A stretch of DNA of 64,000 nt from an uncultured Actinomycetes bacterium (GTDB taxonomy: Bacteria; Actinomycetota; Thermoleophilia; Miltoncostaeales; Miltoncostaeaceae), in the NCBI GenBank assembly GCA_903896045.1, contig CAITWD010000022.1, forward strand, positions 4,398 through 68,397. The letters run 5' to 3'. The notes beneath the pieces were generated by a model. The model did no database searches. It was not told the DNA's origin and worked only from the letters and a program-made list of their open reading frames with translations. A program made the position numbers and the translations under genes. Position 1 is the first letter of the stretch. Each line of letters begins with the position of its first letter. This document shows, piece after piece, positions 57,296 through 64,000 of this stretch.

Positions 57296-58551
57296 CAACT
57301 GGCCGTCCAGGACGCACAAGCATGCGGGAAGGACCGCTGTCGGATTTGTTCCGCAGTACCGATCCACCGCGTTCAAATGCGGGGACCGAACAGCTCTTTA
57401 CCCCGACAGATGCCGCTCCGACGCCAGATGTCAACAGCTATGTCGCACTGATCCGTGTTGTCGGCGTCGGTGGTGCTGGCTGTAATGCGATCAACCGCAT
57501 GGTGGAAGCTGGTCTGCGGGGTGTGGAGTTCATCGCGATCAATACCGATCGTCAGGCGCTCGACGCCTGTCGGGCAGATGTGCATATTCCCGTCGGCCTC
57601 GAGCTGACCAAGGGGCGGGGCACAGGCGGCGACCCCTTTAAGGGCGAGCAGTCCATCCGTGATGCGGAGGATCAGATTCGCCGCGCCTTGCGGGGCAGCG
57701 ACCTTGTCTTTATTGCCTCCGGCCAGGGCGGGGGGATGGGCAGCGGTGGCGCACCGATGGTGGCGCGAATCGCCCGCGAAGTCGGTGCCCTCGCAGTTGC
57801 CGTCGTCACGAAGCCATTTCAGTTCGAGGGGAAGCGACGGGTGCAGGTCGCCGATGAAGGAATTGCGCGCCTGCATGACACCGCCGATACGGTCATCGTG
57901 ATTCCGAACGACCGATTGATGACGGTGCTCGAGCGCGGGACATCGATGGTGAGCGCTTTTCAAGTCACCGATGATTTGTTGCGCCAAGGGGTGCAGGGCA
58001 TCTGCGACATGATCACCCTGCCTGGATTGATCAATCTCGACTTTGCCGATGTGCGCACCGTGATCCGCGATGCGGGCGAGGCGCTGTTGGGTATTGGGTA
58101 TGCGGGCGGCGGTAATCGCGCCGCCGAAGCAGCACAGGCAGCGATTTCCTCCGCGTTCTTGGAGACTCCAATCGATGGTGCCCGTGGGGTGCTCCTCGGG
58201 ATCACCGGTGGCCCAGACCTCTCATTGCTCGAGGTATCAGAGGCGGCAGAAATCGTTGCTGCGGCTGCCGACCCAGATGCCAACATTATCTTTGGTGCAG
58301 CAATTGATCCCGAGCTGTCGGGCCAGGTGTGGGTGACAGTCGTTGCCGCAAGCTTTAGTGGGGTGCGGGCTGCGCCATCATCAAACCCTGAAGCGGAAGA
58401 ACGCGCGGGCCGTTTGATTCCGCGTGCGATTGGTCGCTCAGTTGCATCGGTGAGTGGGGCTGTGCCGCGCAGTGCGCTCGAGAGTGCTGCGCATGAGCAG
58501 ACCAGCCTTGATGTGTCAGACCACGTGCACGCAATCGACACCGAGGAGTAG
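57292..58551 (+). CDS. ftsZ: FtsZ-family tubulin-like GTPase (atypical context and termini)
   Basis: IRVVGVGGAGCNAINRM, GQGGGMGSGGAP, T7 loop NLDFADV. GAGGAGG SD and ATGA overlap with parA. Confidence 0.9.
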   Translation: MTTGRPGRTSMREGPLSDLFRSTDPPRSNAGTEQLFTPTDAAPTPDVNSYVALIRVVGVGGAGCNAINRMVEAGLRGVEFIAINTDRQALDACRADVHIPVGLELTKGRGTGGDPFKGEQSIRDAEDQIRRALRGSDLVFIASGQGGGMGSGGAPMVARIAREVGALAVAVVTKPFQFEGKRRVQVADEGIARLHDTADTVIVIPNDRLMTVLERGTSMVSAFQVTDDLLRQGVQGICDMITLPGLINLDFADVRTVIRDAGEALLGIGYAGGGNRAAEAAQAAISSAFLETPIDGARGVLLGITGGPDLSLLEVSEAAEIVAAAADPDANIIFGAAIDPELSGQVWVTVVAASFSGVRAAPSSNPEAEERAGRLIPRAIGRSVASVSGAVPRSALESAAHEQTSLDVSDHVHAIDTEE

Positions 58552-58565
58552 TCGCGTCCCGTCGG

Positions 58566-60137
58566 GTGCGCTCGGTTGTCGCTGCAGGACATCGTGCGTC
58601 GGCAGCAGCCGGCGCACGCATTCTTTCGTTGGGTGGGAATGCGGTCGATGCCGCGGTGGCGACCGCCTGCGCTGCGGCGGTATGTGAAGGGCCGCTGACG
58701 GGCCCGGGCGCCGGGGGGTTCTGCCTGGTTGCACCGCCGAGTGCGCCACCGCAGCTTCTTGATTTCTTCGTCAACACTGCCGGGGGTGGCCCCGATGGGC
58801 GGGTGTGTGACCCGGACGAATTCGACAAATTTGTTGTCCCCTTCGGCGATGCGGAGCAGGTCTTTCATATTGGGCCCGCATCGGTTGCCGTGCCCGGGAT
58901 GCTGCAGGGGTTATGTGCTGTGTGGGAGCGGTTTGGCCGGCTTCCGCTTCCCGAATTAGTTGCCCCTGCCGTCGAGCTCGCGCGGGATGGAGTAGTGATT
59001 GGCCCGGAGTCGGCGTATCTGTTCGCGATTCTTGAGGGCATGCTGCGCTTTAGCCCCGATGCGGCACGTATCTATGCCCCCGATGGGCAACTACTCGGGA
59101 CCGGGGATCGATTTACGAATCCCGATTTGGCGACAACTCTTGAAGAGTTCGGGCGCACCGGGTCGGGCGCGATGGCGCCTGGTGGATGGCTCGCGACACG
59201 CATTGTGGAGGGATTGCAGGCAGTGGGTGGCTATGTCACCCATGATGATCTCGCCGGCTACGCCGTCATCGATCGCATCCCACTCGAGGTCGGGTTCCGC
59301 GGCCGGCGCGTCATCACAAATCCGCCTCCATCATCGGGCGGAATCTTGATCGCCGCCGCGCTCCATCAACTTGACAAACGGGCACCGGCGACCACTCTTG
59401 TCGCGCAGTATCAGCAGCTCATCGCCGCGGGGGAGTACGCCAACAGTCTCCGCACCGACGCATTCGCCCGAGCGCTCCATCAACCTGAGCTCCATGGACA
59501 AGGATGGGCATCGCTGTTTGCGCCAGGAGAGAGGGCGAACCCCTCTCGCGGACCAAATGGGACGACCCATATCAGTGTCATGGACGCTGAAGGGATGGTG
59601 GTCAGCATGACTAGCAGCAATGGGTCGGGCTCTGGGGTCATGCTTCCTGGGACAGGATTTCTGCTCAACAACATGGCGGGGGAGCAAGATCTCAATCCCG
59701 GTGGGTTTGGGACATTGCCCGCCGGTGTACGCATGACCTCGATGATGGCGCCAACCGTGGTGTTCGAGGACGGGCAGCCGGTGCTGGGGATCGGCTCGGC
59801 GGGGTCGAACCGATTGCGATCGGCAATTTTGCAGACGCTGGTTGGTATCGTCGATGAGCAATTGTCGGTCGAGGACGCGGTGGTGCGCGCCCGGGTGCAT
59901 CCTGAGTCGGGCGGCATTGATCTGGAAGGCGGTGTTCCTGATGAGGTTGCTGCCGCACTGCAGGACGGGCAGCATGTGATTCGGCAGTGGGGCGATCGGA
60001 ATCTGTTTTTCGGTGGCGTCAGTGCAGTTGGATGTTGGGGGGATGAACTCCAAGCAGCAGGTGATCCGCGCCGAGGTGGTGGGGCATTTGGGGTCTTGGA
60101 CACAATGGAGGTTGTGGAGCTATCGACACACGCATAG
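58566..60137 (+). CDS. ggt: Gamma-glutamyltranspeptidase family protein
   Basis: GGNAVDAAVA N-terminal region and autoprocessing site NGTTHISVMD...SNGSGSGV. Confidence 0.9.
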   Translation: MRSVVAAGHRASAAAGARILSLGGNAVDAAVATACAAAVCEGPLTGPGAGGFCLVAPPSAPPQLLDFFVNTAGGGPDGRVCDPDEFDKFVVPFGDAEQVFHIGPASVAVPGMLQGLCAVWERFGRLPLPELVAPAVELARDGVVIGPESAYLFAILEGMLRFSPDAARIYAPDGQLLGTGDRFTNPDLATTLEEFGRTGSGAMAPGGWLATRIVEGLQAVGGYVTHDDLAGYAVIDRIPLEVGFRGRRVITNPPPSSGGILIAAALHQLDKRAPATTLVAQYQQLIAAGEYANSLRTDAFARALHQPELHGQGWASLFAPGERANPSRGPNGTTHISVMDAEGMVVSMTSSNGSGSGVMLPGTGFLLNNMAGEQDLNPGGFGTLPAGVRMTSMMAPTVVFEDGQPVLGIGSAGSNRLRSAILQTLVGIVDEQLSVEDAVVRARVHPESGGIDLEGGVPDEVAAALQDGQHVIRQWGDRNLFFGGVSAVGCWGDELQAAGDPRRGGGAFGVLDTMEVVELSTHA

Positions 60138-60208
60138 TTGAACACGATGGTGTTGCCTACCGGATACAGCCGGAGGGTGTACGCGCATCCCTCTCGGATG
60201 GCCCGGCC

Positions 60209-60424
60209 ATGTTGTGGGGCTTTCAGGTCAAGGTCTTTCGCGACGATGAGCTGGTCTGCATCAAGACCTGCTTTGTTGGTCGGGTGACCCTGCAGGCACG
60301 TCACCCCGAGGCACTTGATGCCCCTGGGGAGATCTTGATTCCGGTCTTGCATGATGTCGCCTGCGAAAAGGTGGCCGCGGCGGTTGCCGACGGCAATCTT
60401 GAGGACGAGATCGTCTTTTCCTAA
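60209..60424 (+). CDS. Possible 71-aa ORF or truncated gene remnant (uncertain)
   Basis: The coding-like frame extends upstream of the first ATG to about 60140 with no canonical start. No SD. Confidence 0.25.
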   Translation: MLWGFQVKVFRDDELVCIKTCFVGRVTLQARHPEALDAPGEILIPVLHDVACEKVAAAVADGNLEDEIVFS

Positions 60425-60464
60425 TCCGTATTCGTGATCGCACAAGATCTGTTGAGCTGAGGCG

Positions 60465-60746
60465 CTAGCCGAGTGGCACATCTCCGAGCGGCCCCGCCCC
60501 CGGGCGATCTGATGGACCAAGCTCATTGATGATGATGGTCCCCTCGTGATGAGGCATGTGAATGACGAGCCGTCCAGGCGGGCTCAGGCGGGCAAAGGTA
60601 AAGGTCCACTCATCGGGTGTCCATGCAGACCAGGTCAGTTCAAGCTCGCCTGAGTCCGGGTGGGTTTCGGTGACGATATGCGTGGCGGATGCCAATACCG
60701 CAGCACCAACAGCGCCGAGCAGGTCGGTTGGGCGACGTCGGGACAT
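60465..60746 (-). CDS. Small protein with Tat-like signal
   Basis: MSRRRPTDLLGAVGAAVLASA twin-arginine-like leader. The start overlaps the ygfZ stop by 1 nt (TAATG). Confidence 0.5.
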   Translation of the reverse strand: MSRRRPTDLLGAVGAAVLASATHIVTETHPDSGELELTWSAWTPDEWTFTFARLSPPGRLVIHMPHHEGTIIINELGPSDRPGAGPLGDVPLG

Positions 60747-61618
60747 TACGACCAGAAGGTGGTGAGCGTGGCGGCGAGTGCGTCGTCGCCCACGGTGACG
60801 TGCGTCCCATCGGGGGGCTCACGCCGGAGAATTCCTATGCCGACGGGACCCATCTGCGGATGTATCGCCACCGTGCTCACGACACCAATCGATGCTCCAT
60901 TGTAGTGGACCTCTGCGCCATGCGAGAGGGGGCCTGTGGCGGTGATCCCGCGTAGGACACGATGTACCTGCCCGCGATGCTGCGCCCGTGCGACCGTTTC
61001 CTGGCCGAGATAGCACCCCTTGGCGAAATCCACGACCCGGCCCTCAAGGCCTGCCTCTTGGACCAGTGTCTTCGGGCCCGTGTCGACTCCCGCCAATGGC
61101 ACCCCGTGAAGAATGCGCACGAGGGCAACCGCATCGGCCGGAGAGGGCGAACGTCCAATTTGGGAAAGCGCGCTCGCCGGATCATCGGTCACCAGATCGA
61201 TGGTTCCCGGGATCCATCCCGGTGCAATGAGCCCGTCGAGCGGAGGTATGTCGGTCGCCCGACAGGTGATGCATGCCGATTGCTCCGGGCCAATGATCTC
61301 GAGGTCCTCTGAAAAGTGGAACCGCTCCAGATCGGCGATGAGTTGATCGATTGCCGCAGGTGTGGTGATCAGCGTGAAACTCATCTGGGCATCACGCACG
61401 ATTTGCAGCTGTGTGACGATGTGGCCCTTGGCATCAAGTACGAGCGCGATGCGTCCCTCGCCAACCCCAATTCCCGCAATGTCGCAGGTCACCAAACCCT
61501 GCAAAAAGGATGCCGCGTCGGGCCCTTCGACCCATCCAAGACCACAGCGACCGACTGCAGCGAGATCGTCGATGAGCGCCTGATGTGTCGTGTGACCGGG
61601 GTGCGTTGGCGTGGTCAA
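60746..61618 (-). CDS. ygfZ: Folate-binding YgfZ/GcvT-like protein
   Basis: GcvT-like N-domain and the signature KGCYLGQETVAR. Confidence 0.85.
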   Translation of the reverse strand: MTTPTHPGHTTHQALIDDLAAVGRCGLGWVEGPDAASFLQGLVTCDIAGIGVGEGRIALVLDAKGHIVTQLQIVRDAQMSFTLITTPAAIDQLIADLERFHFSEDLEIIGPEQSACITCRATDIPPLDGLIAPGWIPGTIDLVTDDPASALSQIGRSPSPADAVALVRILHGVPLAGVDTGPKTLVQEAGLEGRVVDFAKGCYLGQETVARAQHRGQVHRVLRGITATGPLSHGAEVHYNGASIGVVSTVAIHPQMGPVGIGILRREPPDGTHVTVGDDALAATLTTFWS

Positions 61619-62238
61619 TCGTGTGGGACTTTCCCGTTTGTGGGCGCGCGTTCCGCCGCAAGTTCGGCGCGGCGTACGTGCGCAATCTCGGCATCGAGCG
61701 CGACGATCATCAACTCGAGCCGTGCGGACTCATCCCGGGTCGTCAGAAGTTCTTGTTTGATGTCAGGTGCAAGCTCAATGTGTGCGGCAAGCACATATGA
61801 CCACGGGATCTCATCGTCGTGGGCGGGGGATTGCGCGGTCCCGGTGACCGCCGCAGCAAGCTCCTCAAAGCGTTGGGTGGCACGCGCAGCAAGTGCGGGA
61901 TCAGATGGGCTGGGTGCGTCGATGAGTGTTGTGCACTGGGCACAGTCGTAGAGTCGTCCGTCGACCGCATCACCAATCTCCACAGCATTCACGCCCACGA
62001 TGACCACACTGATTCGTCCATCCTCGAAACGATCGAGGACCTCATCGAATCGGGCGGTGCAGCCGATGGGCGCGGGTCCTGATTCATCGGCAAACCGGAG
62101 CACAAACGGTGTGTTTTCCAGCACGCAGTCGGCAAATAATTGCCGATATCGCGGCTCGAAAAGATGCAAGGGAATACGTTCACCCGGAACGAGCACCATT
62201 CCAAGGGTAAATATTCCGTAGGTCGCGGTATCAGACAT
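61615..62238 (-). CDS. LON N-terminal (substrate-binding) domain protein
   Basis: FTLGMVLVPGERIPLHLFEPRYRQL typical LON_N start. Start at ATG 62238. 4-nt overlap with ygfZ. Confidence 0.8.
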   Translation of the reverse strand: MSDTATYGIFTLGMVLVPGERIPLHLFEPRYRQLFADCVLENTPFVLRFADESGPAPIGCTARFDEVLDRFEDGRISVVIVGVNAVEIGDAVDGRLYDCAQCTTLIDAPSPSDPALAARATQRFEELAAAVTGTAQSPAHDDEIPWSYVLAAHIELAPDIKQELLTTRDESARLELMIVALDAEIAHVRRAELAAERAPTNGKVPHD

Positions 62239-62267
62239 GCCGTGAGCATAGTCCCCGCGATGGTGGG

Positions 62268-63425
62268 ATGCCGCTGGTACCATCGCGTCCAATGAGCAGC
62301 TCATGGCAGATCCCCTCCGGTATTTCTCGGCCCGCAGTCGCCAAGGTGACCCCATATGAGCCGGGGCGGCCAATCGACGATGTCCGCCGTGAGCTCGGGC
62401 TGGAGCGGATTATCAAGCTGGCCTCGAATGAGGGGCCGTATCCGCCCTTTCCATCTGCGATTGCGGCAGTGGCCGCGGCCGCAGCAGGGCAACGGCTCTA
62501 TCCGGATCCGGGCGCGTGGGGCGTGCGAGATGCGCTCTGCTCGCATCTGGGCGTGCCCGCCAACACGATTCTTATCGGCAATGGGGTCGATAGCCTGATC
62601 AAGTTGATCTGCATGACACTCTTGGACCCGGGCGATGAGCTGGTCATGGGTGATCCCTCGTTTATCTCTTGGAAGCAGGGAGCGGCAATTCAGGGCGCGA
62701 CGATACGTACCGCCCAGCTGGCCGACGATGGTTCCTACGATCTCGATGCCCTTGCCGCACAGATCACGCCGTCGACAAAACTCGTCGTGGTGGTGAGCCC
62801 GAATAACCCAACCGGTGGCGCGGTGAGTGCATCTGCGCTGGCAGCCTTCGTGCGTGCGCTCCCCGATCATGTGATTCCGGTGCTCGATGAGGCCTATTTC
62901 GAATATTTGTCGGCCGGCGGCCACGACGGCGTGGCATTGATTCGCGAGGGTGCGCGTCTCGTGGTGACACGTACATTCTCAAAGGCCTACGCGCTTGCAG
63001 GCTTTCGGATCGGATACATGATTGCTCCTGCCGAATTGATCGGACTCATCGGGCGAGTGCGCAATGCATTTGATGTCAATGGCCTCGCACAAGTGGCTGC
63101 AGTTGCCAGTCTCAGCGATACTGATGGACATCTTGCCCATCGCGTGCGGGAAGTCACCGCGGAGCGCGCAATGGTCGATATGGGATTGCGGGCATTCGGT
63201 CTCGCGCCGTTGCCATCGCAGGCAAACTTTCTCTTGGTCCCAATGGGGAGCGCCGATCGCGCCAATCGACTCAACAGCGCGCTCCTTGCGCGGGGAATCA
63301 TTGTGCGTCCCGCCGGTGCGTTTGGCGCACCAGAGTGCATTCGCATTACGATCGGTCGTCCGGACGAAAATCTCGCAATGCTTGCCGTCATGGCAGAGGC
63401 GTTGCAGGAAATCGACGCGGTGTAG
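62268..63425 (+). CDS. hisC: Histidinol-phosphate aminotransferase
   Basis: PYEPGRP, LASNEGPYPP, NPNNPTGG and PLP-lysine motif TFSKAYALAGFRIGY. Start may be ATG 62292. Confidence 0.9.
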   Translation: MPLVPSRPMSSSWQIPSGISRPAVAKVTPYEPGRPIDDVRRELGLERIIKLASNEGPYPPFPSAIAAVAAAAAGQRLYPDPGAWGVRDALCSHLGVPANTILIGNGVDSLIKLICMTLLDPGDELVMGDPSFISWKQGAAIQGATIRTAQLADDGSYDLDALAAQITPSTKLVVVVSPNNPTGGAVSASALAAFVRALPDHVIPVLDEAYFEYLSAGGHDGVALIREGARLVVTRTFSKAYALAGFRIGYMIAPAELIGLIGRVRNAFDVNGLAQVAAVASLSDTDGHLAHRVREVTAERAMVDMGLRAFGLAPLPSQANFLLVPMGSADRANRLNSALLARGIIVRPAGAFGAPECIRITIGRPDENLAMLAVMAEALQEIDAV

Positions 63426-63463
63426 CAGCCCCGTCGCGGGTACTGCCACACCGCGCGTTGTGC

Positions 63464-64000
63464 CTAGGCCCGGTCGCTCAATTGTTCGGCAATCGCCAAC
63501 ATGAGCCCGACCCCAAAGCCGGTCCCCGCGCCACCGATCATCCCGGTGCCTGCGATATCAACATGGCACCATGGCAACCCGTCGGTGAATTCGCGCAAGA
63601 ACTGCGCCGCATAGACCGCGCCGGCCTGGCGCTTATTGGAGGCATTTGACAGGTCGGCGACCTTGCTGGAGATCAGCGGGGCGTATCCAGGGTGCAGTGG
63701 CATTGGCCAACAGATGTCACCCGATATCTCGCCTGCTGCCCGTACGGTGTCGGTCCATTCGGCCTCACTACCGAACAACCCCGCATAGACCTCTCCGAGC
63801 GCAACGACAATTGCCCCTGTGAGGGTCGCAAAGTCGACCAAGCGGGTGGCCTTGCCAATGCGCGCCGCATAGGTGAGCGCGTCAGCCAGAATCAGACGAC
63901 CTTCGGCATCGGTATTGATGACCTCGATGGTTTTGCCGTTCATCGCGGTCACGACATCACCCGGGCGTGTGGCGGTGCCACTTGGCATGTTTTCTGTGGA
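63464..64000 (-). CDS. pepA: Leucyl aminopeptidase (M17), C-terminal part; the gene continues beyond the window
   Basis: STENMPSGTATRPGDVV...NTDAEGRLILADAL M17 catalytic motifs. The frame is open to the window edge. Confidence 0.9.
   Translation of the reverse strand, partial: STENMPSGTATRPGDVVTAMNGKTIEVINTDAEGRLILADALTYAARIGKATRLVDFATLTGAIVVALGEVYAGLFGSEAEWTDTVRAAGEISGDICWPMPLHPGYAPLISSKVADLSNASNKRQAGAVYAAQFLREFTDGLPWCHVDIAGTGMIGGAGTGFGVGLMLAIAEQLSDRA

Overview
GC-rich bacterial chromosomal window, almost entirely coding: about 75 CDS and one tRNA-Gln. I found no rRNA, CRISPR array, transposase or integrase. All family calls come from reading motifs in the supplied translations; no database was searched. 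Many start codons are approximate, since GTG/TTG starts and 1-4 nt stop/start overlaps are common here.

Two long housekeeping blocks show Gram-positive synteny. Block A (6.1-27.7 kb) is tilS-hpt-ftsH-folP-folB/K-DUF2469-coaX-dus-greA-lysS-rpsR-clpC-radA-carD-PIN/TRAM(yacL-like)-ispD-PHP phosphatase-ispF-cysS-rlmB-sigH(Spo0H-type). Block B (35.3-47.2 kb) is tRNA-Gln-glmU-prs-rplY-pth-mfd-PPIase-mazG-eno-ftsB/divIC-DUF501. The order mixes actinobacterial markers (carD-ispD-ispF, DUF2469, DUF501, an F420-type DDN-family oxidoreductase) with Bacillus-type features (yacL, dus-lysS, rlmB-sigH, YyaC, CsrA, FliS-like). This suggests a deep-branching Actinobacteriota-like lineage (inference).

Less conserved segments lie at 0-6 kb, 27.7-35.2 kb and 47.2-64 kb:
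- 0-6 kb: a rhomboid-DUF2007-FIST operon, argF, and a PAP2/TlpA pair.
- 27.7-35.2 kb: a PH-like protein, a secreted AOC/dirigent-like protein, VOC, a DEDDh-GIY-YIG nuclease, mutY-mutT, phoU and small ORFs.
- 47.2-64 kb: the items below, plus dedA, hflX, ggt, ygfZ, hisC and pepA.

The most interesting items are:
1. A perfect LexA/Cheo SOS box (CGAACATATGTTCG, 48559-48572) directly upstream of two genes of unrecognisable family (80 aa and 339 aa).
2. A translationally coupled parA-ftsZ-like cassette outside any dcw context. Its FtsZ has an altered G-box, an N-terminal extension and no canonical C-terminal peptide, and it sits downstream of a membrane histidine kinase/NarL-type regulator pair.
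3. A cluster of Firmicutes-type regulators: Spo0H-type sigma, YyaC, TfoX_C, CsrA with GGA motifs in its own leader, and a FliS-like protein.
4. An RNA polymerase omega subunit with a long acidic tail.
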